A stretch of DNA of 64,000 nt from a phage, in assembly GCA_017003895.1 (NCBI GenBank), contig GCA_017003895.1_4520.1; one strand, 5' to 3'. The position numbers and the translations under genes were made by a program. The notes under the pieces were generated by a model, which worked only from the letters and a program-made list of their open reading frames with translations, had not been told where the DNA came from and ran no database searches. The stretch's first letter is position 1; every line of letters starts with the position of its first letter. Shown one piece after another: positions 10,062 through 18,694 of the stretch.

Positions 10062-10525
10062 AAAGAGTCTCTTAATAGGTTTAACACGTCAATAAATTCA
10101 TCTTCAGTTAGTATTGTATCATCTTTTGTTAGGTGGCTGGCCATGCTGTGCTTCAAAATTTTTCCTTTAGAGGCTTGTAAGGCATCACGAAACCCCTTAT
10201 TTTGGATCGCGGCTTCAAAATATGCATTTGTGTATAATTCTTTCCACGCTTCGGAGTATCTTGAAAATGGAACTCCTAACCAGAAGAGAGTCCCACGGTC
10301 CTGAGCTCTTGCGTAAGACCTTCCAGCTTGCTGTGCAGCCAATCCAGACAACCCAAATATACGTCTTTGTTGTTCAACATTTTTCACCTTACATCCTTGG
10401 AGAAATCCTTCAAGACCTCCGAATTGAATACCATCCATAACAAAAGGCCATTGAGCAAAGTTACTTAATGCACATGACGGCCATTTGAAATTACTTCTTA
10501 TTTCTAATTCAGACATCTTTAACAC
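10058..10525 (-). CDS. YbiA/NADAR-like domain protein (DUF1768 family; possible N-glycosidase/ADP-ribose-processing enzyme)
   Basis: 155 aa; FKWPSCALSNFAQWPFVMDGIQF... resembles the conserved (D/G)xxSNF(A/Y)xxP...DG core of E. coli YbiA as recalled from memory. Confidence 0.45.
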   Translation of the reverse strand: MLKMSELEIRSNFKWPSCALSNFAQWPFVMDGIQFGGLEGFLQGCKVKNVEQQRRIFGLSGLAAQQAGRSYARAQDRGTLFWLGVPFSRYSEAWKELYTNAYFEAAIQNKGFRDALQASKGKILKHSMASHLTKDDTILTEDEFIDVLNLLRDSL

Positions 10526-10721
10526 TTATAATTTCAACATCAGCCCAATGTCCATAAGCCGGTAGACGGTCTTTGATAGATAATCCACCGTCATATTTCA
10601 GCATTTTAATTGTTTTAGTATATGGTTCAACTTTTCGGGCCCATGGGCTTACATCAGTCACACGATAAGTAACTTCAACCATTTCTGTACCTAACAATTT
10701 CTGAATTAATTTCTTTAACAT
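10509..10721 (-). CDS. Hypothetical protein
   Basis: 70-aa ORF in operon orientation; overlaps upstream ORF stop. Confidence 0.45.
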   Translation of the reverse strand: MLKKLIQKLLGTEMVEVTYRVTDVSPWARKVEPYTKTIKMLKYDGGLSIKDRLPAYGHWADVEIISVKDV

Positions 10722-10722
10722 A

Positions 10723-10917
10723 TTATCCTCGCTTTAAAGATTTGATTACAGACAGTTCACCACCCATGCGAACGTCTTCAGTTCCATCGACCCATAGGAC
10801 GGTGTAGGCTTCTTTAATAGTAGAATTACCTAATTTAAAAGCAGGTAAAACCTTTGAAATCATTCCGGGGATACCTATACCTTTTAACTGGACAGTTTGT
10901 GATAAGAATAGTTGCAT
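10723..10917 (-). CDS. Hypothetical protein
   Basis: 64-aa ORF tightly packed between neighbours. Confidence 0.45.
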   Translation of the reverse strand: MQLFLSQTVQLKGIGIPGMISKVLPAFKLGNSTIKEAYTVLWVDGTEDVRMGGELSVIKSLKRG

Positions 10918-11204
10918 TAGAACCTCATCTGAAAGCCGTGCGATTTAACATTACCGCCATAAATGTCGGAGGTATTGACTTCACGTGCGGCGCTAGGGTC
11001 GATGTTAATAACATGGTTGAGCTTAGTGATTGCTAAGGTATCACGACCGTTAACAGTACGGAATTCTACCGGGCACACAACATCAGCATAAGCCTTAATG
11101 GATTCACGAGTGGGCTGTTTGTCGGCAGGAACATCTTTACCCGCTTTAGAGAAAACAACTTCACAGAAATTTTTACGAGTATCAAAATAAGTGGTCATAA
11201 ACAT
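10917..11204 (-). CDS. Hypothetical protein (start moved to internal Met with GAGGA Shine-Dalgarno)
   Basis: Track ORF 10917..11237; the first codons would lie inside the hairpin at 11222-11237, whereas ATG at 11202-11204 has GAGGA 7 nt upstream. Confidence 0.45.
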   Translation of the reverse strand: MFMTTYFDTRKNFCEVVFSKAGKDVPADKQPTRESIKAYADVVCPVEFRTVNGRDTLAITKLNHVINIDPSAAREVNTSDIYGGNVKSHGFQMRF

Positions 11205-11221
11205 AATATTTTCCTCAAAGG

Positions 11222-11237
11222 AGGCCGAAGCCTCCAT
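11222..11237 (-). other. CUUCGG tetraloop RNA hairpin (intercistronic)
   Basis: ggaggc-cgaa-gcctcc inverted repeat; no long U tract on the minus strand, so more likely a stability/processing element than a terminator. Confidence 0.45.
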
Positions 11238-11245
11238 TTTTAAGA

Positions 11246-11611
11246 TTAAATATCGAATTCGTTCAGAACTACATCAAAGATTGCTTCTAGGTGTTCAGGT
11301 TTAGCTCGGTTACTCAGGATATGACGAATCCAAGTTTTAACCAGAAGTTTACGATTAACACCATTCCAGCAAGGATGAGTACCTAAATCACGCTGACGGA
11401 AATCATCATCTAATGCAATTTTAAAATTTGAACCTTCCATCGTGATTGAAACCGTGATACCATTTTCAAATCGCATATAAACGTAATTAGGAGTCATGCA
11501 CTGTTCGATTTCACAAACTGTACCGTTTTCGTGTTTCCATAAGCAAATAACTTCAGAAGAACCAGCAATACCGTTAGAAACATATTTACGTTCGAAGTTG
11601 ATGTAGTTCAT
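11246..11611 (-). CDS. Hypothetical protein
   Basis: 121-aa ORF preceded by an early-type promoter. Confidence 0.55.
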   Translation of the reverse strand: MNYINFERKYVSNGIAGSSEVICLWKHENGTVCEIEQCMTPNYVYMRFENGITVSITMEGSNFKIALDDDFRQRDLGTHPCWNGVNRKLLVKTWIRHILSNRAKPEHLEAIFDVVLNEFDI

Positions 11612-11652
11612 TTTATTCTCCAGATGTTTAAGTTGTTTATTGGTACAGGTCT

Positions 11653-11681
11653 ATAATAACATAACCTGTACCAAAGTAAAC
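11653..11681 (-). promoter_or_regulatory. Early (sigma70-type) promoter, GTTTAC-N17-TATTAT
   Basis: Minus strand reads cagTTTACtttggtacaggttatgtTATTATag; -10 lies in the loop of the inverted repeat ggtacaggt/acctgtacc. Confidence 0.55.
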
Positions 11682-11685
11682 TGTT

Positions 11686-12054
11686 TTATGCAACTTTAAT
11701 CCAATTGTCTAAATTTAAAACACCTTTGGCTTTCATTTTTTCTATCAGGTTATCTGCTGTAATGCGTCCATTTTGATACCATGTAACATCTTCAGAGTAA
11801 CCAGTTTCTTCGTCAACATATGTTTCTGAACGAATTTTACCGGTAATAATAGTTTTTAATTCGTATGTGTCACCTGTGAAAAAGTTTGCTAACACAATTT
11901 TCCAAGAGAAATCATCAGAAGGACCTTCAGGGGTCATACAACCTACGAACTCAAATTGCTCTTTGTATAACATCCACTGGAATTCTTTAATTTCGATAGC
12001 TTTATAACCATCGTGGTCTTTACATTTGATGTATGAGTTCAGATTGATTTTCAT
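11686..12054 (-). CDS. Hypothetical protein
   Basis: 122-aa ORF preceded by an early-type promoter. Confidence 0.55.
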   Translation of the reverse strand: MKINLNSYIKCKDHDGYKAIEIKEFQWMLYKEQFEFVGCMTPEGPSDDFSWKIVLANFFTGDTYELKTIITGKIRSETYVDEETGYSEDVTWYQNGRITADNLIEKMKAKGVLNLDNWIKVA

Positions 12055-12096
12055 TTTGTTCTCCAGGTTGTTTTATTGATTAGGTGGTACAAGTCT

Positions 12097-12125
12097 ATAG
12101 TAACACATCCTACAGGAGAGTAAAC
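12097..12125 (-). promoter_or_regulatory. Early promoter, GTTTAC-N17-TACTAT
   Basis: Minus strand reads gtTTACtctcctgtaggatgtgtTACTATag, about 40 nt upstream of the ORF start at 12054. Confidence 0.5.
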
Positions 12126-12154
12126 ATCTTTTTAAACTTTTTCTGCCCTAAACG

Positions 12155-12180
12155 CACAAAAGGGAGACCGAAGTCTCCCT
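12155..12180 (-). terminator. CUUCGG tetraloop hairpin terminator
   Basis: gggagac-cgaa-gtctccc; minus-strand hairpin followed by UUUU; 22-nt identical copy at 27559-27580. Confidence 0.55.
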
Positions 12181-12184
12181 AAAA

Positions 12185-12364
12185 TTATGCAACAACCTTT
12201 CCAAAACGAGAAGCATCATCTCGAAGAACTGCACGTGCTCTGCGCATGATCTTCTCAACTGTTTGATTAATACGAGAGTTCGACCCACGCTTGTATCCAG
12301 CGCGTTTAGAGGTACCATCAACTTTCTTTTCAACTGCTTTCTTTGCTTTAGCTTGTTTTGCCAT
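12185..12364 (-). CDS. Small highly basic protein (59 aa), not in the supplied ORF track
   Basis: Manual translation of the minus strand gives MAKQAKAKKAVEKKVDGTSKRAGYKRGSNSRINQTVEKIMRRARAVLRDDASRFGKVVA; ends just before the terminator hairpin. Confidence 0.45.
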   Translation of the reverse strand: MAKQAKAKKAVEKKVDGTSKRAGYKRGSNSRINQTVEKIMRRARAVLRDDASRFGKVVA

Positions 12365-12659
12365 TATAAATTCTCTTTAAATGAAAATGCAGGACTTATT
12401 GACATTGCCTGCGCAAGCCCTCAAGGGGAACATAGGTTTTGGATATTTAACGACAGGATAACCATAAACCCGTCATCATACCAACCACGACTTAGACAGA
12501 TAACCTTTTTCTGACGCGTGATAGTACAAAATACATTCAAGAGGTACACCGTAAAACTGCCGGGGCCTTAAAACTATAATGATTCGCAAATCATTAATCA
12601 GACAGTTCGACGGCTCCTCGATTTTCTAGCCGCACTTAAGGTAGCGAATCACCTAAAAC

Positions 12660-12908
12660 TTATTTAAGGGTAATAACAAAATGACGTACTGCTTTACGAG
12701 CTGCAGAAGCCAAAGGCTTAGCATATTTCAGTTCATCTTTTGCTTCCAGTTCAGAGGCCAAAGCTGCCTGTACCGGGTTCAGATGTTTGAAATAATGCAG
12801 GATTTCCAGTGCTTCGGCTTCAACATCAATCGACGCGCCGTAGTTTTCGTGACCGTTATTCCATGCGTTTCGTTGCAGTTCAAGAGCGTGTTGTAATTGT
12901 TTAATCAT
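12660..12908 (-). CDS. rIII: rIII lysis-inhibition accessory protein
   Basis: 82 aa, same length as T4 rIII; immediately downstream of gene 31 as in T4. Confidence 0.6.
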   Translation of the reverse strand: MIKQLQHALELQRNAWNNGHENYGASIDVEAEALEILHYFKHLNPVQAALASELEAKDELKYAKPLASAARKAVRHFVITLK

Positions 12909-13024
12909 TTTAAATTCTCAATTCGAGATAATATTTAGTAGCCACGTTCGTCTGAATTTCACCTTCTTTCGACAAGTCTCTCAGTTGTAGGCTACCGCTT
13001 AGAAGAGTGTTCTCTTCATATAGT

Positions 13025-13032
13025 TATTTATA
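13025..13032 (-). promoter_or_regulatory. Late promoter TATAAATA (minus strand) upstream of rIII
   Basis: Plus-strand tatttata is an exact reverse complement of the T4 late promoter consensus; about 115 nt upstream of the rIII start. Confidence 0.5.
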
Positions 13033-13365
13033 TCACTTATAAAGACACGGAATAGCTTTATAGTGGCATGTTACGAATTTCTGTTTAATTTCTTTAGGTT
13101 GTTTAAGTCCCAAAGCCACAAATGGATGTGGAACATTTCGAATTTGTCCAACTGGTAGTGGAGTCAAATCACCGACTTCAACAAAACCTTCAGGAACATC
13201 AGGACCTACAGAATGAACTACACATAGTTCAGGAACTTCACCTTGAACACGTTTACCAATCACAAGTCCTGATTCGGTAACTTCTTCATCACCTGCTTGA
13301 GCGGGTTCAGAAACCAGAATGACATATTCACCAACAGCACGAATTGGGAGTTGTACTTCAGACAT
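13033..13365 (-). CDS. 31: Co-chaperonin gp31 (GroES-like, required for major capsid protein folding)
   Basis: 110 aa; near-identical along its length to my recollection of T4 gp31 (MSEV...[29 protein letters not shown]...[15 protein letters not shown]). Confidence 0.85.
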   Translation of the reverse strand: MSEVQLPIRAVGEYVILVSEPAQAGDEEVTESGLVIGKRVQGEVPELCVVHSVGPDVPEGFVEVGDLTPLPVGQIRNVPHPFVALGLKQPKEIKQKFVTCHYKAIPCLYK

Positions 13366-13394
13366 CTTATTTCCTTGTTGTTTGACGATAGATT

Positions 13395-13420
13395 AATAAT
13401 ACCATACTATTCGTAAAGCA
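13395..13420 (-). promoter_or_regulatory. Candidate MotA-dependent middle promoter for gene 31
   Basis: Minus strand has the MotA box TGCTTTA (plus taaagca 13414-13420), a 13-nt spacer and TATTAT (-10). Confidence 0.4.
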
Positions 13421-13422
13421 TA

Positions 13423-13731
13423 TTACATAAGAAGCAAACGTTCTACCGGAGTACCATCAACCGAAATTACTTTATCAAGGCGGAAAGAACGCCACTGACC
13501 TAACTTGGTATCGAATGCTCGAACTGATTCACGAGGTTCAGAACGAACTTCTGATGCCGGATTGTTATTTTCATATTTGACTTCAAGTTCATCGCGAGAA
13601 GCAAACATAGTGCGTACCTCACCGTTAGCCTTTTCAAATACAACACAATGAACGCCTACAGACAGAATAGTTTTAATACGTTCACGAAGAACCATAGTTT
13701 CTTGTTCAGTTAAAATCATATTATTCACCAC
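13423..13731 (-). CDS. Hypothetical protein (31.1 position)
   Basis: 102-aa ORF between cd and 31. Confidence 0.5.
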   Translation of the reverse strand: MVNNMILTEQETMVLRERIKTILSVGVHCVVFEKANGEVRTMFASRDELEVKYENNNPASEVRSEPRESVRAFDTKLGQWRSFRLDKVISVDGTPVERLLLM

Positions 13732-14302
13732 AAAAGTTTCGGATTTGTTCCCAATTCAGAGAACGAAGATTATTACGAGAGTACTGAATTACTTCAATAC
13801 CGGCTTGTTTTAGAATGTCTGCCCAATTTTCAGGAGATCGGTCGTATAATTCTGCATATACAACCTTTTTAATACCTGACTGTGTAATAGCTTTAGTGCA
13901 ATCAGGACACGGAGAAAGCGTCGTATATAACGTAGCACCTTCAATAGAATTACCTTTACGAGCTGCAAATAAAATTGCATTCAGTTCAGCATGGATTTCA
14001 TTATTAGCAGACCATGCACTATGAGCGGCCCGATGTTCTTTAGCCAAAACAAAATTATCCACCCGTCCAAATGCTGTAGTGCCTTCTTTATGCCCAGCAA
14101 CGATGACCGGGCTTGGTTTATTCTTCAACCAACCGTTTTCGGATGCATGTTCGCAACAGTTTGTACCACCTGAAGGAGAGCCATTATAACCTGTAGAAAT
14201 AATGCGTCCATCTTTTTCAATGACGGCACCAACTTTCCATGAACAACATTTTGATTCTTGAGAAATCAAATAAGCAATTTGAAGATATGTGCTAGCTTTC
14301 AT
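13721..14302 (-). CDS. cd: dCMP deaminase
   Basis: 193 aa, same as T4 Cd; zinc-binding deaminase motifs HAELNAI and SPCPDC present. Confidence 0.9.
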   Translation of the reverse strand: MKASTYLQIAYLISQESKCCSWKVGAVIEKDGRIISTGYNGSPSGGTNCCEHASENGWLKNKPSPVIVAGHKEGTTAFGRVDNFVLAKEHRAAHSAWSANNEIHAELNAILFAARKGNSIEGATLYTTLSPCPDCTKAITQSGIKKVVYAELYDRSPENWADILKQAGIEVIQYSRNNLRSLNWEQIRNFCGE

Positions 14303-15294
14303 TATTGAACCTTATTAATATAAGTTAACAGCTCTTTAGTTTGTTCCCAACTGATGCACGCATCGGTAACGGAAACGCCATAGGACATATTATCAGAAAT
14401 TTTTTGATTTCCTTCATGTAGGAATGATTCTATCATAATTCCTTTGACCAAATCATTAGCTGCTAAATTTTTACCAATACCAATTTGATTGCTATAATGC
14501 CCAGCAGCGTTTGCATGGCTACAGTCAACCATTACATAATGATTCAGACCTACTGCACTTGCTTTGTTAGAAGCTTCTTGAATATCAGAAGAATGATAGT
14601 TCGGGCCGTTGGTCCCGCCACGCAATACGATATGCGTATTCTGATTACCTTCAGCTTCAACAATGCCTACAGTACCATCGACGTCCATACCCATATACCG
14701 ATGAGGCCTGGCGGCACTATACATCGCGTCTGTAGCTACTTTAATAGAACCATTGGTTGCGTTCTTGAAGCCTACGCACATCGGTAGACCTGAAGCAATT
14801 TCACGATGTGTCTGACTTTCAGTCGTACGGGCGCCAATAGCAACCCATGAGAAAATACCAGAAAGATACTTAATCGTGAATGGGTCTAATACTTCAGTTG
14901 CTAATGGAAGTCCCATACGTAGAAGTTTACGACACAATGTTCGTGCAACTATAAGACCGTGGTTCATATCAAAACTTCCGTCAAGATATGGATCATTTAC
15001 AAGACCTTTCCAACCTACGGTAGTTCGAGGCTTTTCAAAATAAACGCGCATCACTAACAGAACATTAGGAAGACGAGTTTGAAGTTCAGCCAGACGTTTG
15101 CCGTATTCAACAGCAGCAATAGGGTCATGAATTGAACAAGGACCTACAACGATAAGTTTGCGTGGGTCTTCACCGTTCATAATCGAATTAACTTGTTCGC
15201 GATGAGAAGCCACTTGTGATGCGTAAGCTTCCGACAAAGGAATAATCTCAGCCAGTTCTTTTGGAGAAATAAGTTTTCTGACGACAGGTAACAT
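14302..15294 (-). CDS. 3-deoxy-D-arabino-heptulosonate 7-phosphate (DAHP) synthase, class I (AroG/AroF/AroH-like)
   Basis: 330 aa; matches my recollection of E. coli AroG motifs (VGPCSIHDP, MRVYFEKPRTTVGWKGL, GARTTESQTHRE, VGFKN, ESFLHEGNQ); stop overlaps the cd start (TAATG). Confidence 0.85.
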   Translation of the reverse strand: MLPVVRKLISPKELAEIIPLSEAYASQVASHREQVNSIMNGEDPRKLIVVGPCSIHDPIAAVEYGKRLAELQTRLPNVLLVMRVYFEKPRTTVGWKGLVNDPYLDGSFDMNHGLIVARTLCRKLLRMGLPLATEVLDPFTIKYLSGIFSWVAIGARTTESQTHREIASGLPMCVGFKNATNGSIKVATDAMYSAARPHRYMGMDVDGTVGIVEAEGNQNTHIVLRGGTNGPNYHSSDIQEASNKASAVGLNHYVMVDCSHANAAGHYSNQIGIGKNLAANDLVKGIMIESFLHEGNQKISDNMSYGVSVTDACISWEQTKELLTYINKVQ

Positions 15295-15414
15295 AACAAT
15301 CCTTAGGAGATATAAACAGATTCTGATTCAACAATACCTTTAACCGGATTAGACAGGCTAAGTTGGTAGTGCTCAGATTTATGACCATTCTCGATAGTAA
15401 TGAGATAGCTCTCA

Positions 15415-15651
15415 TTATAGTGTTCCATATACTCGAGTTGCTTCAACAAGACCATCACTGCCTAATTTAAGATTAGTAATTTGGTCACCATCTTTAGGAT
15501 TAACGATTATGAGAAAAGAACGTGGAGATTCTTGAATAACTCGTAATGTTGCATCTTGGAAACGTTCAGACACTTTATTGATGAGTGCTTGAGCAAATTC
15601 TTTTACTTTAATCTGAAATTCGTGTACTGTAATTGGGTTTTCACTTAGCAT
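15415..15651 (-). CDS. Hypothetical protein
   Basis: 78-aa ORF preceded by an early promoter. Confidence 0.5.
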   Translation of the reverse strand: MLSENPITVHEFQIKVKEFAQALINKVSERFQDATLRVIQESPRSFLIIVNPKDGDQITNLKLGSDGLVEATRVYGTL

Positions 15652-15679
15652 TTCTATTTCCTCATTTGTTGGTAGAGTT

Positions 15680-15709
15680 ATAGTATCACAACTCCACCAC
15701 GTTGTAAAC
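15680..15709 (-). promoter_or_regulatory. Early promoter, GTTTAC-N18-TACTAT
   Basis: Plus gtaaac at 15704-15709 and atagta at 15680-15685; imperfect inverted repeat (ggtagagtt/aactccacc) flanks the -10. Confidence 0.5.
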
Positions 15710-15711
15710 CA

Positions 15712-15987
15712 TTAAATTGCTTTGCATTCAATTTTTTGTGTACCGAAATTGATATCACATTGGATAACTAAATCGCCGTCAAGATCAAATACCACGATGA
15801 CGTGTGCAGACCCAGGGAGAAGAGTAATAGCAATAGAATCTACTTGGTCTGGGAGCAAAGCATTGAGTACATGAGTTACTTGAGCATGAACTCTGAGTTC
15901 GGCTGCATTATCAAGCACTTCAAACATATTATTAGCAATAATCTGACTGAAGACTACCTTTACAATTTCAGAATAAGTTGGGAACAT
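15712..15987 (-). CDS. Hypothetical protein
   Basis: 91-aa ORF in operon orientation. Confidence 0.45.
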   Translation of the reverse strand: MFPTYSEIVKVVFSQIIANNMFEVLDNAAELRVHAQVTHVLNALLPDQVDSIAITLLPGSAHVIVVFDLDGDLVIQCDINFGTQKIECKAI

Positions 15988-15994
15988 AATTACC

Positions 15995-16219
15995 TCAGTG
16001 CACAGTATTTACTTTAACTCGAACAACAAATCGCTCGGTTGGTTCACCTACAGGAACAAACTCTACATGATATTCACCTTTGTAACGAGTATTCAGATCA
16101 TTACGAATTCCTGCGAGTTTGTTGATTAATGTAGGACTCATATTAAGTCCCACTAGTTTACGAAGCATTTTGTATGCTTCATCTTCGATTTCATGATGTT
16201 TATCGTACATAGTTTTCAT
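15995..16219 (-). CDS. Hypothetical protein
   Basis: 74-aa ORF in operon orientation. Confidence 0.45.
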   Translation of the reverse strand: MKTMYDKHHEIEDEAYKMLRKLVGLNMSPTLINKLAGIRNDLNTRYKGEYHVEFVPVGEPTERFVVRVKVNTVH

Positions 16220-16391
16220 TTAACCATTCAATTGCCTGGTCGACGTTATCAAATATACCGCCGTCCAAACGTTCTTCATGCTCATAGTCCAGCACATCAA
16301 TACCGAACTGTCCATTTACTAAAGGCCAGGCAACAAACAAATATTCTTTATGCTGTTCGATGGCCTCAATCACTTCATATAATCGTTTCAT
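16200..16391 (-). CDS. Hypothetical protein
   Basis: 63-aa ORF immediately downstream of pseT. Confidence 0.45.
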   Translation of the reverse strand: MKRLYEVIEAIEQHKEYLFVAWPLVNGQFGIDVLDYEHEERLDGGIFDNVDQAIEWLNENYVR

Positions 16392-17478
<1,087 letters not shown>

Positions 17479-17479
<1 letters not shown>

Positions 17480-17778
17480 TATTTGATTCCTAAGAAAGCT
17501 TCAAGAATACGAATGTTGAGTTCGCGCCGGTCTTTATTAATTTCAGCAACGTTTTTATTAATTGACGTACTTCTAACGTTTGAAGAAATAAATTTAATCA
17601 TATGACTTTTGAGTTGTTGCAAATCCAACCCTTTTTCTTTAGCAGCTTTACGAAGAGCTTTACCTGCTTCATCTAGTGCCTTTGCTGCATCTTTGTCATA
17701 ATCTACAAGTGTCATTCCACGGCAGATATCAATATACTCATCAGACCGTTTGATGTAATTCTCTAGTAATGTTTTCAT
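17479..17778 (-). CDS. Hypothetical protein
   Basis: 99-aa ORF preceded by an early promoter. Confidence 0.5.
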
Positions 17779-17806
17779 TTAGATTTCCTCAATTATCCAT
17801 AGGAGC

Positions 17807-17836
17807 ATTATACTCTGCTCCCGAGAGTTTGTAAAC
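17807..17836 (-). promoter_or_regulatory. Early promoter, GTTTACA-N17-TATAAT
   Basis: Minus strand reads aGTTTACAaactctcgggagcagagTATAATgctcc; -10 sits in the loop of ggagca/tgctcc. Confidence 0.6.
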
Positions 17837-18060
17837 TATTTTACTAAAGATTCAATATACTCATGAAGAGCTTTAGTCGCTACTGCCCACTTATTCTGAT
17901 ATTCATTTTTCAGATTAGCACGAGACTGAACTAACAAGCGGTCATTAGTCGGAGGCAAAGATTCTAATCGTTGAATCTGGCGTCCATAAATCATAGCCGC
18001 CATTTCAGATTCATAGATAAGCCCTTTAATGTATTCATGCTGTTCTTTAGTCATTGGCAT
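17836..18060 (-). CDS. Hypothetical protein
   Basis: 74-aa ORF in operon orientation. Confidence 0.45.
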   Translation of the reverse strand: MPMTKEQHEYIKGLIYESEMAAMIYGRQIQRLESLPPTNDRLLVQSRANLKNEYQNKWAVATKALHEYIESLVK

Positions 18061-18341
18061 TTTTCCTCTTTTAAACCACTACGATAATAACATAACATAG
18101 TCTTCTGGTCATGTATATATCTTTTTACGTCGTTTAACCAGATACGAAATTCTTGAGAGTCTTCAAATGGCATTCCAACCCACGGATTACCATCAATAAC
18201 CTTTACTTGCCATTTCTGGTTGTATTCGGAAATAGGCGTAGGCCATGAAGGATGTAAAGTTTCTTTAGGGCTTACTGGCACATCCTGAGTACATCCAACT
18301 AGGAGACCAATAGATAATACAGCCACAGTTAATTTAATCAT
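18051..18341 (-). CDS. Outer-membrane lipoprotein, probable o-spanin (T4 pseT.2 equivalent)
   Basis: 96 aa; signal peptide with lipobox (MIKLTVAVLSIGLLVGC); adjacent to a membrane-anchored partner, as in Rz/Rz1-type spanin pairs. Confidence 0.55.
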   Translation of the reverse strand: MIKLTVAVLSIGLLVGCTQDVPVSPKETLHPSWPTPISEYNQKWQVKVIDGNPWVGMPFEDSQEFRIWLNDVKRYIHDQKTMLCYYRSGLKEEKCQ

Positions 18342-18694
18342 TCTGAGAGCTTCCTGAGGTCTTCTGCAAAGGAATCGAAGGACCTGTTGATTTGTTTTTC
18401 GACCAATCCTGGTTTACTTGCCACCACGTTCTTCTTCTTCGAATCCTTACGGAGCTTTTCATTTTCGGCCTTAAGTTGGTCAACTAAAACACGGTTCTTA
18501 TAAGTCATTTCTTCGATTGACTGATATTGAACCTTGAAGTCGTCTAATACTTTAGCATTGTTTTTAGCTGTATCTTTGACAGAAGCTAATTCAGTATTCA
18601 ACGAATCAACTTTGTTGTTTAAGACCACTATTGTTACAGTAGAAACTAGAGCAAAAGCTGCCGCTATAGCATAAATCGGATTTACTTTAAGCAT
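18338..18694 (-). CDS. Membrane-anchored coiled-coil protein, probable i-spanin (T4 pseT.3 equivalent)
   Basis: 118 aa; N-terminal hydrophobic helix (IYAIAAAFALVSTVTIVVL) followed by charged helical region; overlaps lipoprotein gene start by 4 nt. Confidence 0.5.
   Translation of the reverse strand: MLKVNPIYAIAAAFALVSTVTIVVLNNKVDSLNTELASVKDTAKNNAKVLDDFKVQYQSIEEMTYKNRVLVDQLKAENEKLRKDSKKKNVVASKPGLVEKQINRSFDSFAEDLRKLSE

Noticed and set aside
12263-12514. 83-aa plus-strand ORF and 61-aa minus-strand ORF (12148..12333) from the ORF track
   Set aside because: Both overlap and conflict with the better-supported 59-aa basic protein frame (12185..12364) that ends at a terminator. The plus-strand ORF is antisense to the local transcription direction and has low-complexity Phe/Leu/Cys-rich composition typical of reverse-frame artefacts.
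12641-12652. 12-nt motif taaggtagcgaa that resembles, from memory, a conserved segment of bacterial 23S rRNA
   Set aside because: Too short to be meaningful and recalled from memory; there is no extended rRNA-like context, so it is most likely a chance match. Noted only as part of the structured spacer.
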